DNA of 64,000 bases, from positions 391,974 through 455,973 of the forward strand of contig JAQGDQ010000130.1 of the NCBI GenBank assembly GCA_030141605.1. Reading direction: 5' to 3'. The position numbers and the translations under genes are program-made. Shown piece by piece: positions 12,301-24,200 of the stretch; within the stretch, counting starts at the first letter, position 1; the number at the start of each line of letters is the position of its first letter. Below the pieces are notes generated by a model. It saw nothing but the letters and a program-made list of their open reading frames with translations. It was not told where the DNA came from and did not search any database. Origin of the DNA: Tubiluchus corallicola (taxonomy: Eukaryota; Animalia; Priapulida).

Positions 12301-15300
12301 AGCTTAATACAAAAACTCCTAAGTTACAAGTACATTACTTTAGTAACAATACATGTTCTAATGTAGCATGTGACAGCAGTAGTAACAACCAAAACGAACA
12401 CATGATTCTTTAATTTTAAATTTATGTAAATATTTTTACTATAAAGCTACAAATCTTCAGCAAGCAATAGGAATGTTATAATGTAAATAACACGACTGTG
12501 AACTTTTCCACCATGAAATTTACTTAGTCCTGTTATAGAGGCCTGATTGTTTATTCGCTGATCTATTATAGGTATTTGCTAAACACGAATGGGGCATGCT
12601 AGCTATAATCACAACAACTACATAAATTTGGTAATGTGGGAACAGCAATATGAAGCATTAAAGTGAATTAAATCCTTTTATACTCTTGCGTAGTTATTAA
12701 TTAAATTTTACTGGACGTCAAAAGCAGATAAAATAATCGTTAAAAACTGATCAATTGGTGAGAGACTGTAAGACTTTTTAAAACAGTATGGCACACACGG
12801 CTATCACTACGCTGATTGCGTTCATTTATCAAAAATTAAATTCATAATTTGAAATCTGTCAGTGTGCTCAGAAAAATTCAAACAAGAAAGCAAAAGGATA
12901 AGTATAGGCTTAAAGATTGGGCATTTTTCTGACATCAAAAGACACTAGCACCACTACCATACATTGCAAACAACCTCTATCATTTTAGAGACTTTGTATG
13001 GGCAGTTAAGTTCATTACCCAATTAACAAGCTGCTTCAAAGTAGTTGAAAATACATGTAAGTGTTTGGGGAAAGTGAGCCATTACACAAATCTCTTTGTA
13101 GCTCGACAGTTATACAAAGACTTAGAAAGCGTTTGAATGCATGCGAACAATGTCAATAGTCAATGAATAAATATTTGATTAGGAACTAGGAATACGAGCT
13201 ATTTACGAATCTTTGCAAACACAGTTTGTGCTAAGAACACAACTTTCGTACTGTACCGAAACAGAATGCGACCACCATTTTATATACATAAATGTGAAGT
13301 AACTTCAACGAAAGAAACTCATGACTACTAACATGCAATGAGAACTTTAAAGGAAAACCGGACCAAATCTTTAAACTGTAATTCAAAACAATCTATTCTT
13401 TAAAATATTGAAAAGGAATATACTATTTTTTCAAGAATGACTTAAGTGAAAAACTACACAAATGTAATTTTGAGTTTGCGTGGCCAGTTCTTTGCTGTTA
13501 CATGCATTTCGCCACTCGTTAGTTAGATGGGCACTAACTTCTGTATTTCGGAAATGCGTTGCAAGAAACAGGTGCTGTACTTCTCAGCTCAGAGGTGTCC
13601 GTTTGTGTCGTAGTGCACATGTTCGAGAGCACATTCGTACACACAGCGATAAATTTGAAATTTGATTTTTTTATCTTAAAATTTGCTGAGGTTTAATATA
13701 TCACACTGAATCTACCACAGTAACACTGTATTTCAATTTTTGCTTTGATAAACACGTGCAACAAGCTCACAGAATATTTGTGCTGTTGAAAATTATGTTC
13801 ATTTATGATGCCATCAATAGCTGGACCCACAAACCGCTAATTAAGTTTTTAATCTATTACTTAATTATCAGAAATGGTTGTGCAGTATTATTAATGTTAA
13901 AATGTATACTTTTTACCTTACTTCAAAATGGAGCAGGTTGTGAAGAATCATCCTAACAAAAAATCATCCTAACTAACAGACTGACTGAAAGTTTGTTGTG
14001 TCTTACGTAAGATCTGTGAAGTTCAAATAGAAAGCTTGGAAAACATGTGGTTTTAGTAGGACATGTGCAGGTTTTTGCCACAAGTGAATACACATCCATT
14101 AACAACTAACATAGAAACTACATATTCCTCTGCTACTTATGCCGACTAAATTTAACTTAAATTGCCACAAGAAGCTATGTGTACTATATAAATGAGCAAT
14201 ATACAGAAACAGAACCGGAATGACCAATGGTTGTTATAAATGTAAAACACATGGCAACACACGGGGCAGAACAAGGTAACAAGTATGTGCACAGTTCACC
14301 CTCGAGCGATATTAGCTGCATTAGATGCTAAATTTATCCTCCTTTCCAATTAAGAAACCGATTCATGTTAAAAGTCCAAAATGCAACAAAATTAAGGAAT
14401 TGGTGAGTTTAGATGCTGTAAATAACAACTGTTTTAGTTAATAGTAAAAAATCAAAATAAGTGAGTTTACAAAACTGTTTACTATGAGTACTTACTTTTG
14501 GCTCAAGATATCATTGCGAACCTGTAAGCACAGAAAATACCTGAAAAATGAGAAAAAAGCTCATAAAGCTCATAACTCAAACTATTTGAAAACCAGCAAA
14601 TTACATTAACTCATAAAAAAACATATTATTGATCTTATAGACTGTCCAAAGTAATTTATAGTGTTGCTTAGTTAGCGAAGAGTGTTATGAATGATCTGAT
14701 TATTTTTCGCACCTTATGCGATGCTAACCAAACTTGTTTCAAATGGCCTACCATTAAAATGGCTGCAACTAACAGTCATTGTGGAAGTTTTATACAGGTT
14801 GCTGCTGATACAAGTTCTGTGCGCAATAAAGAAGGTTCAAGGTAATACAAAATTTCAAGACAATTTTTTTCAGCTTTATGCAAGTAAAAGGTTTTCTTGT
14901 CCTTTAGGTAGTTGCCTTAGAGACGGATTTCATTTAGCAGCTAACTGTTTATAAACACACATATAACTGTATGAGGTAATGGTGGCAGTCAGCCTGCAAA
15001 TATTCAAACACTGCATTCAAAAAGAAAGGTTACGGAATTTATAAAAAAAGCTAGAAACAAAAAGCCCCAGTGCACTATGAAGTGATGACAGTAATCTAGG
15101 CCTGCAGCGAACATTAACAAGGGCAAAAACTACCAGGAAAACATTTTTCACCAACATATTTCCAACAGATTAAACTGAAGGCAATTGGGAGATGCCAAAC
15201 AGAAGATATTTACAGACTGAGTCTATGACATTACCTTTAGAATGAGGATGACTATCTTGAGCAATTCTAATTATAAATAGTATTATCGTTAATCACAATA

Positions 15301-18300
15301 ATTACAGTGCTTAGACACACAGATTCATTTTTAATTTACTCGAAAGTTGCATGCTTATAGCTCAGTTAACCAAGACATAGCAAGTATTAAACATCACAAG
15401 GCCCATATGCCTGGTGTCTGAAAGGAAAACAAATTTAACAATTCTTTCACATTGCTGAAAAGGTAAACTTTCTAGCAGCCAACGAAATTGCATAAATACT
15501 TACACGGATAAGCACTCCACAATAAATGCTGCAAGGATTAATTTCAAAAATCAGAGTCATAGCTGGGATTAAAAACAGCCCCGGAAACATAAATATTAAT
15601 GGAATTACTTAGAGTTGCACAATATTTTAACTTCAGCCACGTCAAGAATGTATGAAAAATATAAGCTTGACAATGTTAAAGGAAAAATAAATAATTTTTT
15701 GACTGAAAAACATCTAATAACGCACCTGGTGAGGTCTTCTTGAAGTTGGGCAGGGTCCGGTGGGTAAAATTTCACCTCAAAATTAAAGTGCCATGGTCCA
15801 CCTGTAAAAGGTAAAAGTAAGCACTCCACCTATTAAAAGTTAAATAAAATCCATAAAAGAAAAAGAAGAAAATGCGAAATATGTGAGTGTGTTTCAATTT
15901 TACAAATGAACAAACCAAATATATATGAAAGCTACACAGCAAGATGGCATAACACAGAGATAGTTAAGCAGTTCTCACAAAATTTAGCATACTGTTAGCC
16001 TCATTCTCACTTATTCTGACGGCAACAATGTGAAGCTAGTGATATTACATTAGCTACAAATAAACTGGACATTATAACTTGCAGAATTTACTATTTACAA
16101 AAAAAATTAGCTGTAATGAAACCTTTTTTATATGAAGTTTAGCCTTGCTGTGAATGATCAGGATAACACTTTTTGAAATTAATTTAACACATTTTTCTCT
16201 AACTAAAAAGGAAATAAAAGGAAGCCACATTTTAATAAAATGAAAGCATAAGCCAAGTATGATCAGTTGTACTGTTTGTTTAATGTAGTAATGAACTTTA
16301 TACTAGATAATATTGGAATAACTAATAACTGGCAAACATAATTGTAATAGAATTGAGTAGCACACAACCACACATAATGCATTTTCACGAGTGTGTGGTG
16401 TTAAGTGTTGTTGCATAATTTATATGCCATATGAATCATTCCCGTGTGCAAGCCATGAACCCTAAAAATGTGGAAGCCAAGTTACTGATGTCAGAGATTA
16501 TAAATACAAAAATTCTTATGTATTTAAAAGATCAAGAATCAGACTCTAGCATTTAATTCAGTAAATTCAGCTACCAAAGGCAACTAACAATTTCTGCTCA
16601 AACGTTGTTCACTGGATTGGTTGCATCTGGAAAGACACACGGAAATGTTTACAAACACAGGGAAAAGCACTAATGCAGACGAAAGCAGAGCAATAATATA
16701 AAGGCGACATCAGCTAAGCTCCGTGAGTAAAACTGATACAAAACGGACACATGACTGCCTAGAGAATTGAAAGGTTTTCGAAAATTTATCATAAAACTAA
16801 AATTAAAATCTCGTGATGCAATGTAGTGGGAAACAAATGCTCTCCACACGTTCAATAGTGAGGCAATGTTTACAGAACAAACCAATTTTGCCAGAGGCTC
16901 AACATAGCCGATTCCAAATCAATCAAGAAAAAAGATTTCAGCCGAAGCTTCGGCGTGAATACGAACACACGGACAACTTCAACTTCACATGCAAAGCAAA
17001 AACACTGAAAATAGACAAGCCAGCTTTCAGTACTAGCCATTATTGCAAATTAAAGTTAAATTACATGGATAAACATTACATTTCTTTATAATAAGGTATA
17101 ATAAGTAAGCTTGTCTATAGAGGCCACATCTTGGAGCGATTTGCAGATGTGCAAAAATACACTGGCACACAAGTGCACTTTTAATGTGACAAGTGTTCTG
17201 CCTTTCATATAAGCACTTTTCTACTATAACACGATATTGATCTTTAAAAGTGAACAAACTTTCAGCAACAAATGTCATAACGTAAATAAGAACCTCTTCT
17301 CCCAAGGATCTCTGCTTTGCAATCTCTTACCGATTTCTGTACACTACAAATAAGTTACTTAGACTCATTGAATTACAAAACAGCAAATCCTCACTACCAG
17401 CTGTCGGCATTCAAAGCCCGTTTATTTTCCAGCTGGCGCGGATCCATCCATCAGCGATACACGTTGTTTACGGGTTATCTGATACCCGACATGGTACGGG
17501 TGATTCCGAACAGTGGAATGCCGATCATTCATCAATGTCTGTGCCAAGAGGTGGGCAGAGTGCAAGAGTTCTTCTGATGACAAGCAATAATTACAGTAGT
17601 CCTCAATCTCTGCAAGCTATAAAGTGATTCATCTTCCACACTTCCACTCTAAGCTCAGACGCAGCATCTAATAATTAGGACTGCCTCGTATAAAATACTC
17701 AGTCTCAGAAAACTTTCAATTTTAACAATGTTTCGGGGTCTAGATAGAAGCTTCTAACCTCGGCTTCTTTTTTAATATATTACTGGCTGAATTCTTAAAT
17801 GCATTATGTGTAATTTTTATAATTGAGGTTAATTATTGACTGCTCCTTCACTAAAATGCTACCAAAATTCTGGATGGTGCCATTTTGCAAAATTACAAGT
17901 AAAAGTTCCCAGAAAAAGCTCAGGCGGTGTACTGTAGGAGTACCCAAAAGAAAAAATGACACGATTTGAAGTTGTAATGCAAAATGATGTAACATACACC
18001 TTAAAAATATGACACTGAAAAAGGAAAATAATGCATTTTTTAATGATCTTCATTAAAAAACATGAAAGAAAATTTATTATTACCACAGAAGCTTCAGAAT
18101 TGGTTATTATTTGTTGCATGCTTTCAGGCATTTATATTTAGATGGAGAACAGCATCTACGTCTCAGTAATGCATTGTACAACAAATACACACTGTGCAGT
18201 ACTGGATCAACAGAACATACTCCACTTGTGAAGCGAGGACATTATTATGAAATCACAAATCAGCCTACAAAAGTCTCAAAGTATGAGATCGTCAACTTCA

Positions 18301-20982
18301 GATTGGCCAATGGTCAATATTATGCTGCATTGGCGTATTTCAATTTTTACTTTGGCAAACATGTGCGAAATGTTTTGGAGGATTTCTGTCATTAGAAAAT
18401 TTCTCCTACTTGTGACGTTATCGCTATCTGAATACGATGGTTAGGTTTCCAAGCTAATACATTGATAATAAAAGCATGTGGTAATAAAACGTATGTACAT
18501 TTTAAAAATTTGGACCGTAAAGCATAAGCTAGAATGGAGTACTGTAGAATCTTAAAAATTGATCTATTTTACTTTAACATCAATCAAGCTCCAGACAACA
18601 ATCCAAGAAGTGCAAGTCATTGAAAAACATAAGCAATGAAGGGAATTTATAGATATGTGCTTTACTTTTGTAGGAAAAATGAAGGCCATTTATTGCTGCC
18701 TTTCATCAGACTATTCCAGTTTCATCAGTCTTACATACTTTTCCTGGAAGACAATCACTGTTTTTAAAATCCTTGTTTGTTAGATATTGATTTGTTTTTG
18801 TCAAGCTTATATACTTAGTTGTACTGAAAATCGTGAACTACAGTCTCACAGCTTGTCAACTGCATGCATTAACGCCTTATGAATAGGAATCGCAAGTCAC
18901 AAAAGCAAAAGTACTCACCACGAACTTGATTGGCAATCTTCTTTTCATTGTTCAGCCAGTTCTGAAAGAGAAATGAAATTGATCAGATGATCAATACACT
19001 AGAAACTGCAGTTAGACGGGTCAAATGATTTATGTTTATCGAAACTCAGTTGGCGTTTTAAGCAAGCTGGAAGAAAATGAAGCTGAGAAACGATCAATTG
19101 GATAACATCCCGCACAAAGATTACATACACATACTGATTTTCGCTTACAAAAAAATACAATTTCACTTAAACAAATACAGGTGGCCTGTACGCCTTGTGG
19201 AACATTGCCTTGTATTGCACAGGTCTCCTGTCTGCAATGTCAGGTCTTACTTTCTTTAATATCGTGTACATGAATACTCACTTCAACATGAAGAACAAAT
19301 TTATTTTCCATAAATCTAATCTAATCTAAACAATATATCACTTAAGCAATAATACTTCACACAAACAAACGCCTATAACGAGCATTACCCAAACAAATAC
19401 TATTTCAAAGCTAAAACAGTTTAATGCATAAAACTGTTATTTGTGGAAAAAATGCTACAACAGTTATAGAATCACCAAAAACCAGATGATGAAATAATTG
19501 CAAAGAACCATGAGGTCGAGTGTTTTCATTCAGGAAGATGTGAATATCAAGTTCTAACCGCATTTCTGCATCTGCATACAGACAGAAACCTATTGCTCAA
19601 TCGTCGGCTATGATCGAATACTTATTAACTCGTTCAATTACCACAACAGAGTGCTCACAGCTAGCTCAAGCCAGACTAGGCCAAGCCAAATTGAGTCGAT
19701 GCGCACTGGTAATCAACATTGCAGATGCAAATAATAAATGTTGCTTTCAGGAGCTATAATTAGATCACTACTGCCGAGACAGCATGTAGTTAATTGAGTA
19801 CAATTCACCCAAAATAAAGGTGAATGTTATGAACAACCTAAAACTTGTAACGCTCTTTGAAAGGCAAATGTTCCAGCTTGCCTAGAAATACCCATTTTAT
19901 TCATATTACATTTTTTGAAGGCTTCAAAAAATGGATAAAATAATCTTAATCACTTGAATCTGTTTACATTTAACAATGTACCTGTTAACTGAGAGATACC
20001 AATAACTTGAAATTTTATACTAACTTTATAACAGTTCATGGCTTTGCTTCTAATGATATCAGGCCTCGAAGTTACATTTAAGCCCAAAATACTTAGTTTA
20101 CTTTTTCTCGAAAAATTTCACAAAATGTTAGCTAGACTAAAATCTTTTGTCAAAGGCTTCTTAGCCAGCCAACTACACTGAAGGAATGCAAACCGTACTC
20201 AATGCAGTAGAAATGAGTTATGTCAAATGTGCGTGGTCTATGCCACGGCCTAGATCATGGTCCAGACCTAGGTCTAAGGAACGTAATATTTCTAATACTC
20301 AAACATCCCACTTGTACTCCTGAGAAGGAAATTTGATAAAATAATTGAAACAACAACTAAATCCATACCCGTGCTCCGTCTGGATCTTTGTAATTAAGGC
20401 CAAAGTAGTCCTTTTCTAGAAGGTTCAAGTGCTCAGCTACTTGGTCAGACAACTGCTGTCCAGTTGCACGTTTCTAAAAAAACATAGCTATTTGAGAGAT
20501 CACAAACTAAAATTCAGTGTAACCTATAAGTTGTGGTGTAAGCAAATGTCAAAGCAATGGCAAGAAGGCCCAAGATACATTTTTTTGGACAAAAAATTGA
20601 CCACGTGTACGAGAAACAAAAGTTTAGCTTCAAGCCTAGAAGATAAACTCAGTATCACGTGACCAGTGAACAAGACAAATTGTCCAACAACAGTTAACAA
20701 CGACATGCTACATTAATCTCTCAAGCAATGACGGAACATTTATTTTGGAGTAAGAATTTAATCGGATCGAGAAACTCAAGTGTTCTAGGAATTCTTGCGG
20801 CAACTTACGTCAATCTGAATCTGCAGGTCAGTATTGTCCAGCAAGCGGATGGTGCAAGTGGACATCTTGCCACTGCTAGAACGTGGTGTGGTGTGGATCG
20901 GTTGCGGCTTCACTTCCTCCAGACTCTGCTCCTCCCTCGATTCATCCTTGGCTTCCGTGGTCTCAGGTTTATCATCAACCAT
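58..20982 (-). CDS. EPB41: Protein 4.1 / coracle-like FERM protein (EPB41 family), 5' part; gene continues beyond the left edge
   Basis: 11 GT-AG exons join in frame: 20809-20982, 20369-20473, 18919-18961, 15726-15801, 14496-14540, 12002-12175, 10523-10610, 5887-6039, 5190-5287, 4476-4657, 1348-1472, plus 58-381. Translation has band-4.1 hallmarks [81 protein letters not shown] and FERM-adjacent [11 protein letters not shown]. Symbol denotes the family, not a specific vertebrate paralogue. Confidence 0.95.
1348..1472 (-). CDS. EPB41: Protein 4.1 exon, acidic linker
   Basis: ttcag acceptor, gtacgt donor, phase 1 to 0: [41 protein letters not shown]. Confidence 0.85.
1746..1771. repeat. (CAA)n microsatellite
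   Basis: Direct reading; gives the poly-Leu/poly-Cys in spurious ORFs. Confidence 0.9.
2241..2639. mobile_element. MITE family A, diverged copy (reverse orientation)
   Basis: Begins AATAAGCCTTTTCACAGTTTCG, ends CACTTAACCTTTGACCTTTTCATGATCATCATC...GTGAAAAGGTTATT. Confidence 0.7.
4476..4657 (-). CDS. EPB41: Protein 4.1 exon, FERM-adjacent (FA) domain
   Basis: [31 protein letters not shown]...SRSLDG; cag/gtaagc. Confidence 0.95.
4885..4907. repeat. (TA)n microsatellite
   Basis: Direct reading. Confidence 0.9.
5190..5287 (-). CDS. EPB41: Protein 4.1 exon, end of FERM C-lobe
   Basis: [33 protein letters not shown]. Confidence 0.95.
5887..6039 (-). CDS. EPB41: Protein 4.1 exon, FERM C-lobe
   Basis: [51 protein letters not shown]; tttag/gtaagc. 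Confidence 0.95.
6218..6605. mobile_element. MITE family A, ~390 bp
   Basis: Termini AATAAGCCTTT...AAAAGGCTTATT; body alignable by eye with 7348-7738 and reverse of 37945-38304. Confidence 0.85.
7348..7738. mobile_element. MITE family A, ~390 bp
   Basis: Perfect terminal inverted repeat AATAAGCCTTTTCACAGT / ACTGTGAAAAGGCTTATT. Confidence 0.88.
10523..10610 (-). CDS. EPB41: Protein 4.1 exon, FERM middle lobe end
   Basis: [29 protein letters not shown]; tatag/gtaagt. Confidence 0.95.
12002..12175 (-). CDS. EPB41: Protein 4.1 exon, FERM middle lobe
   Basis: [28 protein letters not shown]...[10 protein letters not shown]; ttcag/gtaagt. Confidence 0.95.
13380..13645. repeat. Interspersed repeat family B
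   Basis: Reverse-complement similarity to ~60900-61120 (TCAAAACAATCTATTCTTT...CTATTTTTTCAAGAATGAC vs GTCATTCTTGAAAAAATAG...AAAGAGTAGATTGTTTTGA); ends approximate. Confidence 0.7.
14496..14540 (-). CDS. EPB41: Protein 4.1 exon, FERM
   Basis: [15 protein letters not shown]; tttcag/gtaagt, 45 nt phase 2-2. Confidence 0.93.
15726..15801 (-). CDS. EPB41: Protein 4.1 exon, FERM
   Basis: [25 protein letters not shown]. Confidence 0.95.
18919..18961 (-). CDS. EPB41: Protein 4.1 exon, FERM N-lobe
   Basis: [14 protein letters not shown]; tttcag/gtgagt. Confidence 0.92.
20369..20473 (-). CDS. EPB41: Protein 4.1 exon, FERM N-lobe
   Basis: [35 protein letters not shown]. Confidence 0.95.
20809..20982 (-). 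CDS. EPB41: Protein 4.1 first coding exon (acceptor at 20991, ATG 20982)
   Basis: [19 protein letters not shown]...[20 protein letters not shown] then gtaagt; ttgttgcag acceptor 9 nt upstream of ATG implies upstream 5' exon(s). Confidence 0.9.
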
Positions 20983-21024
20983 TGTAAACAACTGCAACAA
21001 GAAAGGACAAATGAATAAAAGAAA

Positions 21025-21242
21025 ATTAACTAAATGAACAGTTTAAACTTCATGCTGATGTTTATTTAGTTACTAAATTGAAAATGACTAAATGATAAAA
21101 TGTAAATTAACTAAACAAGCAGTTTAAAGTCCATGTTGATGTTTATTTAGTTACTAAATTAAAAATTAATAAATGTAAATTAATTAAATAAACAGTTTGA
21201 AGTTCATGTTGATGTTTATCTACTTACTAAATTGAAAATTAA
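21025..21242. repeat. Three degenerate tandem units of ~75-80 bp
   Basis: CAGTTTAAA..CATG.TGATGTTTATTTAGTTACTAAATT recurs near 21039, 21120 and 21194. Confidence 0.8.
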
Positions 21243-24200
21243 GAAAACAAAATGCACACGATTAGCTAAAAAATGACGTCATTAACCACGATTTGGAACA
21301 GTATACACTAGAAACAAGCAGTCAATGACTGACTGCTATTGTAGATGGGGATGGCAGGATTGGAATCTAGCTCACTATCAAAAAGAATGATCAGATTGAC
21401 AAATACATCGACCTCATGAGGTAATTACCCTGTGGCAATATGACAGATGAAATCACCTCCAAGAAGTTGCTTATTGGTCGCCCATCCATTTTTAACTAGT
21501 TTCAAGTGCTGCCTAACGTCGCGATCAAGCTTTGTCATGCGAGTACTCAAGGCGCTGTTTAAATAACTATTCTAGCCTTTATGTTTCGTATTTCCAAAGC
21601 ACACATGCTCGCTTAAAAGCCACACACACGAAAACCACAATGCATAATTTTTAATTTATCTACACTAATCCATCATCGGCACCACCACTGCCCATGCACC
21701 TCATTATCATCTCAATTACAATTGCAACAAATGTGGAAGTTACATAATCAGAAACTGGAAGTTAATATTCTACAGCTAACATCAGTCTCTAAAGAGCAGA
21801 GATAAATATTAATTTTATGCAACACCAACAAAGTATAAACTGTAACAAGGCAATCAATGCAAGGCTTCATTAGATTTCTGCATTAGAAAAATGGATGGAC
21901 AGTAAGAGTAGTAATCTAGATAAAGAGACAATAACATGGAGTATATTACGGCCGCAAAACATCTCTGTACACTCTACATGACGCCAGTAGTAGGTCGATG
22001 TGCAATAAAATATTTATCATTGCTGTCTGGAATAACATTGCTCTTCTCATACAACATGTACAAACTGCATGCACAATTAGTTTTACACACCCCTACCAAG
22101 GGACTTCAGCAAAAATATGCATACAGTCTAACAGAATGTTATTGAAAACCTGGATGAATGTTGTAATTTCCTGCTTTAGTTCTGTTTTACTTATTAAGCG
22201 CATTTAGCTTGGTATAGTTTGCGCGACAGGTTTTTTCTGTAGTTTACATAATTATTCACAATAAACTTTTTGTATTTGCACGTATTCCATTATACTTTAT
22301 TGATGCAGTGACGAACGATCGCGCGGTCTTAACTAAACTGTTAACGTACTACAAACAACAATTTTACCAGTCTCATCTTTCATTTTGAAGACTCCATATC
22401 ATTCATTTACAAAACATTCATAGGCTGCGTCACATCGTAGTTCAATAGTGTAATAACTGCAAGTGTTTAACTGTAACTAATGTAAACAATGTAACTAAAT
22501 TTCATTTTGCCTAGATCTACTAAATCATAAACTAGATGGGTACAGACTCAGCTTCCACAACATGACATGTTAAAGAATTCCATGTATCTACACTCTGTTA
22601 GAAAAGATGCAGTGTTACTTTCCCACATCTAAGCGATCTTGCTAGTTATAAATTTCATAACGATGTCCTCTCGGCAATGACTTCCTCTCGTAACGTAAAC
22701 ATGGGCTTACTAACTTTATAAAATCAAAGAACATAGGTGAATTTATCAGCCAGGTCATCCGCAAGCGGCGAAATTCTGATAGAAAAGCCGGTGCAAGCGT
22801 TCATGGTAAGAGAGATCTTTAAAACCAGGCATTAGTCTGGTTGATCTTCATGCACAGCCTCACCTTTGCTTTTTCAAAGTACAGATTTGGCACAAATAGT
22901 TTTTCAAGGTACATTATGGTTCAAGGAACATACAAATAAAAGTTTGATTTGAACGGTACATGTTCAGTAACACATTTACACACGCATGACGCTGCCAAGA
23001 ACTCTACTTTTCGTTCTAGTAAAAGTAATAGTAACAGAAAAAGGGTATAAACAAAAACTAATGTCAGGTAAATTTCAATATACAGTGGAAGTAAAGTTAT
23101 GGTATTTACTTATAAATATTATTCTTATCACCACATTGTCTTTTAATAAATTAAAATTAAATTTATACAATGTTGAGAGTGACCAATAAAGATGCATTAA
23201 TCCAAACGCTGTAAATGTATTGCGTGATTTTCATCGTAGCCGAAGTTGCTTAAACTCTGAACTCGGAGTTACCCACACGCAGAAGTTCGATTCTCAGTGC
23301 TAGGAATTTAAATTTGGTTAACTGCATCACATACGATTTAGAAAATAGATGCTTGCGTTAAAGTCTTTCAATATTTTAATTTACAGCACTACTATTTAAT
23401 CAGAATCACCGATCACTCCAGGAGAAAACTACAAAAATCTAATGACCGATTACCTCGAAGATGAGTAATGGGGGTGGCGGTGAATGTTGAATAATTGTTT
23501 GGTTAAATCCAAAAGTTCCTGGTTTGATTGTCAGGTTTAAATTTCAATCCCGATTTTTCCACATTTCTTTCTTTGACTATCAAGTGCGGCGTCAGAAATG
23601 CAATAACCATTGGTTTTTGGTTTATTCCATCATTTTATTGCAGACCTTCAAGTACACCGTGATGCTGTTTACTGTGTACGGAAACTATACAAAACTGTGT
23701 ACACATGTATGCGTAAGTTTACAGTTGTCTAGAATTACAACTTACAATTACATAACAAATTGGCCTAATACTTAAAATTATTCGCTTTTCATAAGTGGGT
23801 TTTTTTAAAACCGGCTAAATCCCACCATTAAAATTTCATAATGACTGAACACCATCAAGGGTTGAGAGAGCTTGTGTGGTGGTACAGCACGTATCGACCG
23901 ATTAGACCAGCTCTCACTCTACACACGCAGGTATTTCATGACTCAGTCAACCAATGCAGACTGCCAGACACACAACAGCACTCGAGAGCTGGCCACAATG
24001 AAACTTATTCCCACGCGCATGCTTTCAACAATAAACACACATGAACGCTAGGTTCTTCACAACAGACTCGCCAATAACTCGATATAATTACCATAGCTAG
24101 TCATAACTATAGAGTAATCATAACTCGTCTTTCCACTATAACACTTTGTTGTTATTTGGCTTTAGTGGTAGTGGTAGTATAAAATTTATTGACTGGCGAC

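Noticed and set aside
18666-18757. Short AG...GT segments downstream of exon 18919
   Set aside because: Poor acceptors and phases that do not fit the flanking exons
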